Under the pieces are notes generated by a model that saw nothing but the letters and a program-made list of their open reading frames with translations, had not been told where the DNA came from and did not search any database. This document shows positions 20,788-31,274 of a stretch of 64,000 nt of DNA, piece by piece. The position numbers were made by a program, and so were the translations under genes. This DNA is from a virus, in the IMG/VR virus record IMGVR_UViG_3300035183_000096, positions 62,593-126,592 of that record; one strand, written 5' to 3'. Numbering within the stretch: the first letter of the stretch is position 1; every line of letters starts with the position of its first letter.

Positions 20788-21622
20788 CTCCCTTCCCCAA
20801 GAATTTTACTAAAGCATTTAGTAGGTTGTCATTTCTATCATCATCGGCCAAGCCTTTCATCATACTATTGATGATTTCCTCTATCTTTGGACGAAATAAA
20901 TCAAGGTTTCTAGTAATCCAATTATCATTTGCAGTACCAGCAAACTCAGCGGGTACACCCCAGGCTCCACCATTCTTAGGAACCATTATAGCTTGACCTG
21001 TACGAGATGTAGGAAAGTTTCCAAACTTAACCCTATAACCAAAGATTACTGGTTCAGCACCACTGGTTAATAACCATTTAAGCCAGTCTATATTGAAGAC
21101 TTCAAACTTCTCTGCTGGCCTACCCCTTAATCCCGTCCTCTCTTTACCCAAACTTTTTCTATTCGGATATGACCCTAACCTATCCTTACGAGTTATACGC
21201 CTACCATTAACAGTAGGATAACTAACTTGAACCAAATTATATATCTTTTCTGGGTCACGGTCAAAACTAACAACTATAGCACCAAACAATACATTAGAAG
21301 ATGAAACAGGTTTCTGATATTTAACCTTAAACATATCACCTATAAGTTTTGTTAATCTAGTCATTACATATTCTGGCTGTTCTATACCAAATTCCAGTCG
21401 CAATCTTCCGTTTGGTGTCACTAGAGATTGATACTCTGGACTTGCCCTAAGTTGTTGAATAAACATTTTCCCAACAACCTTTGATAACTTATCAGCAATC
21501 GAACTAAGTCTTTTATCCAATCTAACCTTCATATTTCTCATAATCTCTTTCCTAAGCTCACGCTCAGAAATGTTAAGATTAAGAGTTACAGGAAAGTTCA
21601 TATCATTAACGTTAGCCACCAA
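20774..21622 (-). CDS. Neck/tail completion protein (basic)
   Basis: Synteny between head closure and tail terminator genes; basic composition. Confidence 0.45.
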   Translation of the reverse strand: MVANVNDMNFPVTLNLNISERELRKEIMRNMKVRLDKRLSSIADKLSKVVGKMFIQQLRASPEYQSLVTPNGRLRLEFGIEQPEYVMTRLTKLIGDMFKVKYQKPVSSSNVLFGAIVVSFDRDPEKIYNLVQVSYPTVNGRRITRKDRLGSYPNRKSLGKERTGLRGRPAEKFEVFNIDWLKWLLTSGAEPVIFGYRVKFGNFPTSRTGQAIMVPKNGGAWGVPAEFAGTANDNWITRNLDLFRPKIEEIINSMMKGLADDDRNDNLLNALVKFLGKGDGDT

Positions 21623-22133
21623 CTCTCTCCCATATTGCGATAAAATATCTATTTGGAACTATATTATTCTTATTAGTAGGGTCACTAACCAATCTAAATC
21701 TATACTCTTGTATTCCCTGTATAGCAACTTGAAAGATGGCGTATGAACATTTCAAAATCTTAGGTAAATCAGATATGTAACCTTTAGTCTGCACAGTAGA
21801 ACCAGACTGTCTCATGCGAATATCAGGATTGGTTATTCTATCAAAGGTTCTGCTATCCCAATTGCACAACAATCTAATAGTTTCTGTTTGTTCCTGATGT
21901 TTCTGTCCGCTACCACCACAATACACGCATGAACCAACTCTTGGCGAGGGGCCACCATGGCTCCAAATATGAGGGCCTTTCTTACCAATCAAATCCTGTC
22001 CACATGAGCAAGGAACAGGTGTAGGCGGATATACCAACTTGACATCTTTGCCAAGCTGGTCGATTAGGTCATCTATAGCATCTTGTGCTATCCGTCTAAT
22101 AGCGTTACTTATCTGAAATATCTTGGCCATCAT
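21612..22133 (-). CDS. Head closure/head-tail joining protein with a Zn-finger-like insert
   Basis: CxC...CxxCxGxG motif and position in the neck module. Confidence 0.5.
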   Translation of the reverse strand: MMAKIFQISNAIRRIAQDAIDDLIDQLGKDVKLVYPPTPVPCSCGQDLIGKKGPHIWSHGGPSPRVGSCVYCGGSGQKHQEQTETIRLLCNWDSRTFDRITNPDIRMRQSGSTVQTKGYISDLPKILKCSYAIFQVAIQGIQEYRFRLVSDPTNKNNIVPNRYFIAIWERVGG

Positions 22134-22138
22134 ACACC

Positions 22139-22540
22139 TTATAGGCTGAATGACTTACGCTTCGTTGTTGCGCTTGTAAAATTAAGTACAGCTACAACAT
22201 CACCAACACCATCGCTATCTACGCGGGTTGTGCCGTCGGTTGAGCGTTCAAAGAACAACACAACATTACCATTAGGAGAGCCTGTTAGTGTTACTTGAAA
22301 CACAAAGGTTCCGCCTATATACTTATCTGTATTATTATCAACCATTGTTGCGGCATCATATGAACCTGGACTTATACTACTACTATTATCCAACACTAAA
22401 GTTTCTGAATTCTCATAAGATAATGCGCCATCTGCACCAAACTTAAATCTACGGGTGTAAACCTTTGCGTTATTAGCACTTATACTCACACCACTATTAT
22501 TATATATCTTAAACCTATAATATCTTGGTAAAACTAACAT
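22139..22540 (-). CDS. Hypothetical virion protein
   Basis: 133-aa beta-rich ORF with a GGAG SD. Confidence 0.55.
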   Translation of the reverse strand: MLVLPRYYRFKIYNNSGVSISANNAKVYTRRFKFGADGALSYENSETLVLDNSSSISPGSYDAATMVDNNTDKYIGGTFVFQVTLTGSPNGNVVLFFERSTDGTTRVDSDGVGDVVAVLNFTSATTKRKSFSL

Positions 22541-22549
22541 ATCTTACTC

Positions 22550-22753
22550 CTACGTTGTGTAGTAATTCCTATCATCAAACCTGTTATCATATTTACCATA
22601 AAATATGGTGTCGGTATTTGTATCAGTAGTGCCACGCTCTTTTTTTTTAGCCATATCAGTTCCGCCGCTACCTTTACCGCCAGTAGCTACTAAAACTCTA
22701 CCATGATGGAAGTTTTGACCACCAACACATTTTGTCGCTACATCTACTGCCAT
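22550..22753 (-). CDS. Small hypothetical protein
   Basis: 67-aa ORF with an AGGTG SD, within the operon. Confidence 0.5.
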   Translation of the reverse strand: MAVDVATKCVGGQNFHHGRVLVATGGKGSGGTDMAKKKERGTTDTNTDTIFYGKYDNRFDDRNYYTT

Positions 22754-22762
22754 ATATCACCT

Positions 22763-23272
22763 TTAATAAAGAGAATCTGAAGGAACTTCATCCATATCCC
22801 AACCGGCAAATATCCTAAATGGACTTACCACAGCTAGTCCTGGGTTTAGACTACCCAACACAAACTCTTTCTTTGCTAAAGCATAAGCAGCACAATATCC
22901 TACATCTTTCAACATAGCTATCTTACTACCTGCTCTACCAGACAAGGCTATTCTTGAACCAACATCTGAGATGTCTATACCTTGTTCGGCAGCTATTCTT
23001 GCTTCTGCTGTATCTAATAAACAAGCGGCTTTTAATGTAACTAGGTTTATAAAAGCATTATCTTGTGGGTCATCTACAGGGTCTGGAGTAACTGTAATCG
23101 CCGGTATGCTAATAGTATATGTCTTAGGGAATGTTAATTCTCCACCTTGAATAAGTTGGGCAGCAAGCAATAATTGCTTTTCTAGCCTTTCATCATCATA
23201 AGTGTAATTATCTATATCCATATCCCCAATCATCATACGAAGCATTGGGACCATTACATCATTCCAAGCCAT
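22763..23272 (-). CDS. Head-tail adaptor protein
   Basis: First gene after the capsid gene; LRxxIGD...Y-D-L motif typical of adaptor/connector proteins. Confidence 0.65.
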   Translation of the reverse strand: MAWNDVMVPMLRMMIGDMDIDNYTYDDERLEKQLLLAAQLIQGGELTFPKTYTISIPAITVTPDPVDDPQDNAFINLVTLKAACLLDTAEARIAAEQGIDISDVGSRIALSGRAGSKIAMLKDVGYCAAYALAKKEFVLGSLNPGLAVVSPFRIFAGWDMDEVPSDSLY

Positions 23273-23308
23273 AGAAAATCCTCCCTTTTACAATATATAC
23301 CCCAATAC

Positions 23309-23345
23309 AAAAAAGGGCCGGAAGGAATAACTCCTCCCAGCCCTT
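23309..23345 (-). terminator. Intrinsic terminator after the major capsid gene
   Basis: Minus strand AAGGGCTGGGAGGAG-TTA-TTCCTTCCGGCCC-TTTTTT. Confidence 0.75.
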
Positions 23346-23363
23346 ATAATGTTGAGTCTTAGA

Positions 23364-24374
23364 TTAGAAGCTACCAAGGATAACTCTACGGTTGTCTAAT
23401 ACACCGAAGCCAATTTCCATCCAGCCACAGTAACCTTGACGACGCTGACGGAACAAGCTATCATCCTCGAAGATTTCCAACTCTTGACGAATTGGCATTA
23501 CAAAGCTGTCATTAACACTTAGGTCAAAACCTACCACAAGTTCTCTATCGGAAGTTTGTAGAGCAGCACCAAGTTCATTTAGGTAGTACAACTGATATTC
23601 TTGGTCTTCACCAAGCTCATCGAGTTCGTGTAGGTTGACTCCGAATAGTCTTGTTAAGCCACCGTCGCCTAGTTGATAGATTTCACGACGAGTTACTTCG
23701 TCTATTATATCTACGCCCCAATTACGAATATCTTCCTGAGCTTCTGGGGACATATATAGGTCAGTTAGCTTACCGCGGCTGACACTTGTTGAGTTGCCAC
23801 CGGAGTTACGACGCATAACTAGCTTCATAAGAGAAACAAGTCTCTTTGTGAATTGACCTTGGGTTGCGTCAGAATCATATACTAAGATGTTACGGTCAAC
23901 ACCAGCCATCAATAGGGTGTGCCAACCATCATCGTTTAACTTCTTGACAAACATGCTTTCAAGAACTTGCATAAACTTTGCAACAATATTCCAACGCGCA
24001 TTCTTAGCATAACGCAATGACCAGTCGATGCTTGCACCAATTTCGTAAGTAGGCATGGTTACGAAGTCGCCTTCTACGAACTTTTGAGGCATCATACCCT
24101 GAGATGGAACAGCATAAGCAACATACTCACGCTCTGTACCAGGAGCTAAGAAATCCAATGGATATTCTACATATACGCCTGGTTCAAACTTCTCTTGCTG
24201 GAAGATGTTACCAATAATGTCGCCACTCAGAACACCCTTACGAAGAGGGATTTCAAGCGACTTAGCGATTTCGCGTTGTGCAGCAAAAGCTATATAACGG
24301 TCATCACTACCAGCGTCTCTAAGTGCACACATAGCCTCATCTAGGTCTAAATTATCTATTATTCTATTTTCCAT
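23364..24374 (-). CDS. Major capsid protein (HK97-fold inferred)
   Basis: 336 aa from MENRII (GGAG SD); follows the protease/scaffold and decoration genes and has a strong terminator. Confidence 0.8.
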   Translation of the reverse strand: MENRIIDNLDLDEAMCALRDAGSDDRYIAFAAQREIAKSLEIPLRKGVLSGDIIGNIFQQEKFEPGVYVEYPLDFLAPGTEREYVAYAVPSQGMMPQKFVEGDFVTMPTYEIGASIDWSLRYAKNARWNIVAKFMQVLESMFVKKLNDDGWHTLLMAGVDRNILVYDSDATQGQFTKRLVSLMKLVMRRNSGGNSTSVSRGKLTDLYMSPEAQEDIRNWGVDIIDEVTRREIYQLGDGGLTRLFGVNLHELDELGEDQEYQLYYLNELGAALQTSDRELVVGFDLSVNDSFVMPIRQELEIFEDDSLFRQRRQGYCGWMEIGFGVLDNRRVILGSF

Positions 24375-24390
24375 TTTTAGTTTCTCTCCG

Positions 24391-24861
24391 TTACTTAGGA
24401 AGTTCAACGTATAGCTTTGCAAAACCGTCAGAGTTCTTACGACTACCGAAGACGCCGACTTGTGGAGTTGCAGTTGCGTTTACGAATGTTGGGGTAACAT
24501 TACCGTTATTGGTTAGATAAGCCTTGTCACCAGCCTTTGGATTACCAGTGATTTTGTTTGTAACAACCCAACCTTTCTGAACGATAGTGACCTTACCACC
24601 TGTTTGAACTTCTTCTTTATAGAAATTCAAGTGTGTTTGGGTCAAATCCTTATTTACAACGTCTTGTATAATGACACCTAATGGAATAGTGCCACTGGCC
24701 GTAGATGCTACATAGCAAAAGGCTTCTGCGTCATCTAAAGAAACACCAGCGCCACCACTAGGGTCTTGGGCAAATACTACTACTTGACCCTTCTCGGCTA
24801 AGCCACTTGAAAAATAATCAATAGAATCTTGAATAATTAGTCTATCGCCTAATAGAGCCAT
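24391..24861 (-). CDS. Capsid decoration/cement protein
   Basis: 156 aa directly upstream of the capsid gene; GDKAYL...G motif of beta-tulip-type decoration proteins. Confidence 0.6.
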   Translation of the reverse strand: MALLGDRLIIQDSIDYFSSGLAEKGQVVVFAQDPSGGAGVSLDDAEAFCYVASTASGTIPLGVIIQDVVNKDLTQTHLNFYKEEVQTGGKVTIVQKGWVVTNKITGNPKAGDKAYLTNNGNVTPTFVNATATPQVGVFGSRKNSDGFAKLYVELPK

Positions 24862-24873
24862 TTTTTAATTCTC

Positions 24874-26394
24874 CTATATAAGTCTTGTCGTCTTATTTGC
24901 CCTGGACCTAGATTGCTCGAACATGTTTGCAATAGCAATACGACGCCGTTCTACCTTATCTTCATTTACACCAGACGTTGCTAAAGCAACATCTTTATTT
25001 ACACTAACATTATCTAAATCTTTTGCGGTTACGTCATTAAACCTGCTCTTCTTATCAACTTCAGCCCTATCCTTTTCTTCTTTCTTCTTCTTATTAAAAT
25101 ATGCAGCCCTAGTCTTTTCTACATACCTTGCAAATAGTTCATCGGTCAAAGAAGTTGTAATATCGAATAGTTCGCTTGCTTCATTCTTATCTACACCTAG
25201 CTTTTCAACTAATATAGAAATACGATTAGACTTAACTCGCTCAGCCTTATTCCTAGCAATTTCTTCGTTAGCATCTGCCAAGTCTGCACTTAGTTCATCG
25301 ACCTTCTTAGAAAGTTCGATAATCTTTTCGTTAGCTTTTGCTAATTCGGAAGCCTTAAAACTAAGTTGCTCATCACGAACATTAACATCTGCTTCAAGAG
25401 CAGCAATCTTAGCCTTTAATTGTTCATTTTCTACTTGTAGTTGGTTGTTCTGCTTAGTAAGAGCATCTACCTTTGCATTTAGCTGTTCTAAAGTCATATC
25501 ATCCATCTCCTGTGTTTGTTGAGTAACACCGCTAATACCATTCATATACCCCACAGTTTTAGAATTTGAAACAATTTCTTTACAAGAAGCAAAAGTTCTT
25601 CCATCAAAGTCAATTATATTTTGCTTAGCAAAGATAACACTATCTGGATTAGCTGGCTTTTTTACAAGCCCTTTACCAGAGAAAATAAGGTTACGAGGCA
25701 ACCTACCAATCTTGCAACCGTTATATATCCCTGTACCACCATATGCACGTAAATATTTTGTAAGAAATGAACTCTCCTCATTTCTTACTATAATCTTCTG
25801 AGAACCATCTGGTAAAACAATGGCGTAATCATAATTAGAGAAAAGACATTCCATAGATACAAACCATTTACCTTCCGGTAATTCGGCTAGTATAGTATCC
25901 ATTCTCTTCTGCAAATCTTTATTATCATGCCAGACTTTGTATAATACAGATGTTGAAAAGATGTGGAACTTGGATGGTAAGTCTTCAATTGATGTATCAT
26001 TACCATCCTTATCAACCTCTGGTATAATGTTATACTCTTCATCAATCGGAGAACATCCAATGATATGACCTATGATGTCTGAAAAGTCGTGCTGATAATT
26101 CAATGGCTTATCTTCAGGCGTATTGCGACTAGCCCATGTCTCACTACGTTCAAAAACATCATCATTAAGATTCCATCCGGTACTTACCATTATTGAGTTT
26201 AACGGATGTAGGTCCACTAGACTTTTAACATTAGCTTTAAGTAACTTATGTAACTTCTCCTCATCAATCTTCTTTGCCTTCAAATTTTCAGCAAGAGAAA
26301 GTTCAGCGGTGTAGGCTAAACAGGCTTTAGACTTAATCTTATGCTGTAAGCCATCCAAAATTTCTTGTCTGTAAATTGGAATCGCCATATACAT
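24874..26394 (-). CDS. Prohead protease fused to a coiled-coil scaffold
   Basis: N-terminal protease-like motifs (NxNDDVF, LNYQH, VSMEC, FSGKGLVKKPANPDS) and a C-terminal coiled coil. Confidence 0.75.
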   Translation of the reverse strand: MYMAIPIYRQEILDGLQHKIKSKACLAYTAELSLAENLKAKKIDEEKLHKLLKANVKSLVDLHPLNSIMVSTGWNLNDDVFERSETWASRNTPEDKPLNYQHDFSDIIGHIIGCSPIDEEYNIIPEVDKDGNDTSIEDLPSKFHIFSTSVLYKVWHDNKDLQKRMDTILAELPEGKWFVSMECLFSNYDYAIVLPDGSQKIIVRNEESSFLTKYLRAYGGTGIYNGCKIGRLPRNLIFSGKGLVKKPANPDSVIFAKQNIIDFDGRTFASCKEIVSNSKTVGYMNGISGVTQQTQEMDDMTLEQLNAKVDALTKQNNQLQVENEQLKAKIAALEADVNVRDEQLSFKASELAKANEKIIELSKKVDELSADLADANEEIARNKAERVKSNRISILVEKLGVDKNEASELFDITTSLTDELFARYVEKTRAAYFNKKKKEEKDRAEVDKKSRFNDVTAKDLDNVSVNKDVALATSGVNEDKVERRRIAIANMFEQSRSRANKTTRLI

Positions 26395-26494
26395 CTCTCC
26401 TTTGCTTATTTCTTATTGCGTTCGTTGCGTGATTCGACGGCACAAAACCGTCTAAGTCAGACTTAGCGCCCACCGCTGCTTATGCAGCCATATA

Positions 26495-28636
26495 TTACTC
26501 GTCGGTTAGTCCGATAATACAAGCTACAGCTTGAATGGTTCTTATATCCTCTATACTTGGTTCAGCGTTTACTTTAGTCATAAAATCCAATAGAGTATTA
26601 GCATATATACGACGAACATTGTCTGGAACTTGCACTGGATTACTAATAATCCCAGCAACAGTTTCCTCTTCTATTTTTTTAAGAGGCTTAAGATTGGCTA
26701 AAACTCTAAATCTTAACTCTTCAAGAACTTGTGCTTCTTCGTCGCTTAATTGACGTAGATTCTTTTTGCCACATGATTCAAGATACACCGGAGTTAAAAT
26801 ATCTGTTATAATTCTTTGAGCTTCTTTAGCCCATGCTACCATAGAAGCAAATTCTGCCTTACTACGAGGCTTGACAATTTTTTGCTTACGCTTATTACTA
26901 TCCTTTGAGTTTTTCGGCCTACCTTGTTGTGGTTGTCCTTTTTGTTTAGGACTTCCTGGTAAACCCAAAGGAGCTTTAGGTATGGTTTGTCGCATTAAGA
27001 TTTTCTTTGTATCCAAACTACTTTTAATACCAACATCTTCTGGGCGTATTAAACCTCGCTGTAAGGCAATCCTTTTCATTTCTTCAAGATTACCCGTCCT
27101 ATGGTATGGAGAGGTTTTTTCTGGTAATGCACCTAACTTACGCTGACGATATTCTCTCTTCATACGAATGTTTTCTAGCTCAGGAATCAGATTAAACCTT
27201 TCCATTAGAGCTTCACCAGAAATAAGGTCGCGGTCAGCTAACTGAACTAATAAAGCCTTTTCAGCGTCTTCACTTGTTAATGAAATCTTATCAAAAACTA
27301 ATTTGGCTGGTTCGTTCCAACCTAGAGCCTTCTGTACTAAACGTAGTTGGTGATTCCAGAACATAATTAAGATATTTCTAACATAGTTAAGTCTTTCAAT
27401 GAGTGTCTTAAGACTTACAGCGTTGTTAGTAAAACCACCGGAGCTGTCACCAGTAAGTGTGCTAGGAATACCTAAACCAGCATAGATATTACGAAGACTT
27501 TGTTCGTATTTAGCTGAACCAATAAACTTATCTATATCTGTTGATATTTCTTCAACTTTTAGGTCTGGCCCCCATATGATGTCAATGGTGCCACCAGAAC
27601 CTAATGCCATTAACATATTATTAAGTTTGACGAAAGCCGCTGGACCAGGAACAAATTGGTGTTCCAGGCTACCCAACTTCCACACTCTAATACGGGAAGC
27701 AGCAGCATCTAACGCCGTTCTATCTGCTAATCTAGCTTTTTGGTAGTCAATTAAATCATCCAATATACAATAATGGATTGGGTCCGCCCATGTTTGCCAA
27801 TCATCTTTTTTATAATGATAAACAAACGTTTTATCGTCAGGAAGTGGTATATATTTAGCCCCACTTTTTACTAGACTAAGCAATTCGGCAGGTAAGTTTG
27901 CTACAAGTTCTACTACCTTTGGGTCATTAGTAGAACGCATAGCTCTCATTACATTTTCAGGAACCCTTAAAACATATCTGGAAACACCAACGAAAGCTGC
28001 AACTTCCTCACCAACCACTTCAACATCAATTGGATTAAGAAATGTGTACTTCCAAGGGATTTCGTTTTTCTCTGTTGTAGATAAATCTTCTGGATTGGTA
28101 ATATCAGGAGCGGCGGATGTTTTTGTCAACTTTTCTACTCTACGAGCGTTTAATTTAGCTGTAGTCATCTTAACCACAGTATTACCAGCCCTCATAAGTA
28201 TGTTGGAAAATCTTTCTGAGCGTTCTTTACCATTTACTTTTTCAAACCAAGCCTTAGCTACCTTATCCTTAGCTTTGTTGGTATGCACAACATTTATGCC
28301 CTGAGTAACAAAGTCAGACATTAAATCAATTACATTGTGAACGATACCAATTTTACGAGCAGCCTCCATACACTCCTTTATATTTTCTTTTTGCCTACGA
28401 GGAGTTTGCTCATTCTTACGGAAGTAGTAGTAGTCGTTATTAGAGTATCCATCCCTTACAGATACATTGGGAGCTACATTTTGGAACGTATTCCATGCAG
28501 AAGAGCGGTGTATTGGGTCGAAATTTTGTGTAGCATTAGCTGACATAGTTAGGGCTTCGGCCTTACTCTTTGCATTATCCCATGTTATATACATAGGACC
28601 AGTTTGATGTCTTGTCTTCATATACTTAGCAGGCAT
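26495..28636 (-). CDS. Portal protein
   Basis: 713 aa between the terminase and protease genes; IYAGLGIP...G motif and a low-complexity C-terminus. Confidence 0.8.
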   Translation of the reverse strand: MPAKYMKTRHQTGPMYITWDNAKSKAEALTMSANATQNFDPIHRSSAWNTFQNVAPNVSVRDGYSNNDYYYFRKNEQTPRRQKENIKECMEAARKIGIVHNVIDLMSDFVTQGINVVHTNKAKDKVAKAWFEKVNGKERSERFSNILMRAGNTVVKMTTAKLNARRVEKLTKTSAAPDITNPEDLSTTEKNEIPWKYTFLNPIDVEVVGEEVAAFVGVSRYVLRVPENVMRAMRSTNDPKVVELVANLPAELLSLVKSGAKYIPLPDDKTFVYHYKKDDWQTWADPIHYCILDDLIDYQKARLADRTALDAAASRIRVWKLGSLEHQFVPGPAAFVKLNNMLMALGSGGTIDIIWGPDLKVEEISTDIDKFIGSAKYEQSLRNIYAGLGIPSTLTGDSSGGFTNNAVSLKTLIERLNYVRNILIMFWNHQLRLVQKALGWNEPAKLVFDKISLTSEDAEKALLVQLADRDLISGEALMERFNLIPELENIRMKREYRQRKLGALPEKTSPYHRTGNLEEMKRIALQRGLIRPEDVGIKSSLDTKKILMRQTIPKAPLGLPGSPKQKGQPQQGRPKNSKDSNKRKQKIVKPRSKAEFASMVAWAKEAQRIITDILTPVYLESCGKKNLRQLSDEEAQVLEELRFRVLANLKPLKKIEEETVAGIISNPVQVPDNVRRIYANTLLDFMTKVNAEPSIEDIRTIQAVACIIGLTDE

Positions 28637-28687
28637 ATTGATATTCCTCTAATTGAATTGTAATTCTATTAGTTATCATACACCTGA

Positions 28688-30805
28688 TTAACTCCTGACG
28701 ATAACAGAGAACTTGCAATTTCCATCAACTTGGCTAGAATACCAGTGAGCGCCAAGATACATAGACTGACCTTGACTTTTGCTTACCTCTTCTTTCTTAA
28801 CTTGTCCTACCACGCCTCCGATATTGTGATATTCTGGTTTTTCTGGCGCGCGTTGTATAGTACGAGCCGCCATATTAGCGATAAGAAGTGCGGAGTATCT
28901 ATCCTTACGAAGCCTACCCTTCTTTTGCATACCCGGAGTCTTAATCTCAGGCGTGTCCCAACGCTCGCGACCATTTGAGGTTTGGGTGTGCTGAATACTA
29001 GCTAATTCTTCCTTAAGTTCCTCAATCTCAATCATACAATCTTCAAGAGTATCCTCTCTTGGTACACCATAGTCTTTTTCATACTGGTTATCTTCTTCGC
29101 CAGCTAATTGTATTTCAACGGCATCAAATCTAGGTAGTAATAGAACCTTGTCTTCAAAGTCTTTTTTCATACCATGATTTGCTTCACTTACCCATTTACC
29201 ATCTGAGAAATTAACTAACTCAACGAGATGTAAGCCAGCATAGCTGTCACTATCTTTCGGCTCATCTGGGTCACGAACAGGCCATATTGGCAATTCTCCG
29301 GGGTACATCTTGTCGGTGTCGTAAAGAGCTTCAGCTACCTCACGCCCGCCGCCTTCAGCATCCATAACAATACGTTCACAAGGGAATGTCTTCATAAGCT
29401 CGCGAATTTTACGGGCACAATAAGCATAAAATTGATGTTCTTTAATAATACCCTTTTGAAACTTTTCCTTAAATCTTTTCCTATCTGTTGTCCAAACATA
29501 AACAACACGACGATGTTCCGGCCAAAGCTCAAGTAAGGTTATAGCAAAATTATCGCGTTCGGAGGCTGGGTCAATTCCATAAACATATCTACGTTTTGGA
29601 TGACCTTTAATAGTAGCAGAAAATTGCACTGGAATACCACTTATATAGATTGGGTGGCGGGTAACGCATGTTTCAACTAATGTACGCTTAAAAAAACCAT
29701 CACTGTCGCCCACAAAGACTGCTCCGTACTCCATTTCATAAGCTGCTTTGTGTAAGGTAGCTTTGTTAGAAGCAATCTGGGTGGCGTCAAAGTAACCTTC
29801 TTGTAGTAAGTCAACGGGTATGCGAATTATACAATAATCTTTCCAGTTAAGGGCAGCCATATTTTCGGTATCACCGCCCATCATTTCAGCCAACTTGGCT
29901 TGATTACCTTTGCTTGAAATAATAGCTTTATACTTCTTCCAATACTTAGCAAAATTACGAAAGCTATATGATGCTGTGCCGGAGATGATAACCTGATTAC
30001 GTTTGGACTCAAACAATTCTTTTGCTCTTACTTGATTATCTTCGTTAATAAAACCTAACTCTTGCATAGCCTTATAGCTTGCTTTACGCTCCATATTCTC
30101 AATTGGGTTGTCTGATACAACAGTAAAACCTTTAATAACGGTTTCAAAAATTTCGGTATCAATAGCATCAAACTCATCAGCAACAATAGTGTTGGCGCGC
30201 AAACCTCTAATCTTCTCACCATTACCAATAGGTAGAGCAGTAATAACACTGTCAGCCAGAATCATTTCATGACGGTCTATATTACGATGTGGGCCATTTC
30301 TTAAGCCACGGGCACCAGTATCACCAAGTAAATCTCTTAATATATCTGCCTTATACCATATAGTTTCACCATACTCAGACAATAATTTACTTTGACGAAA
30401 ACCGGCGCCCGTTAGAATAATCTTTGAGCCTTGTTTAATAAGGCCTTTATACATAACATAGAACGCTAATGTAAAGGTCTTAGACATACCACGACTACCC
30501 ACCAATAATGGAAATGGGTGGTCCCACAACAACCTAATTAAAGCCACCTGCATTGGCGACAATTTTACATTAAAAATATGTTTAGCTGTAAAATGAACGT
30601 AGTTTACATCAGTAATAAGTTTAACTAGATACTTATGTGGTCTCTCTATATCCTCACGAGTAATGTGAGCTAGAGGATTATCAATTTCCCGGCCTATTAA
30701 ATCAGGTAAGTTTAACCACGCTCTTTTTACATACTGTTTCGCTAACTCTGGGTCACTTTTTATTTCTTCTAGGCTTAGTCGCGGGTCTTTCTTTTTCGCG
30801 CTCAT
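28688..30805 (-). CDS. terL: Terminase large subunit
   Basis: Walker A-like GSRGMSKT, Walker B IVADEFD, RNase H-like nuclease motifs YGIDPA and KDRYSA. Confidence 0.9.
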   Translation of the reverse strand: MSAKKKDPRLSLEEIKSDPELAKQYVKRAWLNLPDLIGREIDNPLAHITREDIERPHKYLVKLITDVNYVHFTAKHIFNVKLSPMQVALIRLLWDHPFPLLVGSRGMSKTFTLAFYVMYKGLIKQGSKIILTGAGFRQSKLLSEYGETIWYKADILRDLLGDTGARGLRNGPHRNIDRHEMILADSVITALPIGNGEKIRGLRANTIVADEFDAIDTEIFETVIKGFTVVSDNPIENMERKASYKAMQELGFINEDNQVRAKELFESKRNQVIISGTASYSFRNFAKYWKKYKAIISSKGNQAKLAEMMGGDTENMAALNWKDYCIIRIPVDLLQEGYFDATQIASNKATLHKAAYEMEYGAVFVGDSDGFFKRTLVETCVTRHPIYISGIPVQFSATIKGHPKRRYVYGIDPASERDNFAITLLELWPEHRRVVYVWTTDRKRFKEKFQKGIIKEHQFYAYCARKIRELMKTFPCERIVMDAEGGGREVAEALYDTDKMYPGELPIWPVRDPDEPKDSDSYAGLHLVELVNFSDGKWVSEANHGMKKDFEDKVLLLPRFDAVEIQLAGEEDNQYEKDYGVPREDTLEDCMIEIEELKEELASIQHTQTSNGRERWDTPEIKTPGMQKKGRLRKDRYSALLIANMAARTIQRAPEKPEYHNIGGVVGQVKKEEVSKSQGQSMYLGAHWYSSQVDGNCKFSVIVRS

Positions 30806-31274
30806 TAACTAATTCCACCATTCTTTTCATTAGACAGGAGGCTATACGATGACCGTTACCACTTCCGGCCAATATAAACTTGGTTTTGTACTTAAGTTGA
30901 AACTCCATCAACTTTGCAAGAATAAGACGTGGGGATATTTTTGCCAAACTCTTCCAATACATTTTTGGTATGCCAGAATTTTCGGGAAAGTTAAGGATGT
31001 CATCCATATTAAACTCTAAGACAACATATGGAAACTCAAACTCCTGTAATCTCTCTAATTCTTTTATAAATCTTGCCTCAAGTATATTGCGGGAAAACTC
31101 TGATGTATTTGCCTTACGCTCAATAACAAATATGTTTTCCAAACCCTTTAACGTATAATCACCAGTTGGTAAGGCTTCAATTACTGTACCATTACACCAA
31201 TCGCAAGGACTAAACATCCATCCATGCCCCTCCTTTTCCCTTGTGTCTCTAACTACTGTATATAGTTTATTCAT
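30753..31274 (-). CDS. ERCC4/XPF-type nuclease
   Basis: DTREK...GDY...IERK motif; probable start at MNKLY. Confidence 0.8.
   Translation of the reverse strand: MNKLYTVVRDTREKEGHGWMFSPCDWCNGTVIEALPTGDYTLKGLENIFVIERKANTSEFSRNILEARFIKELERLQEFEFPYVVLEFNMDDILNFPENSGIPKMYWKSLAKISPRLILAKLMEFQLKYKTKFILAGSGNGHRIASCLMKRMVELVNEREKERPATKPRRNKK

Noticed and set aside
816-31158. Numerous plus-strand ORFs in the late module, and minus-strand ORFs in the early region
   Set aside because: Antisense shadows of real genes with no SD and no recognisable motifs
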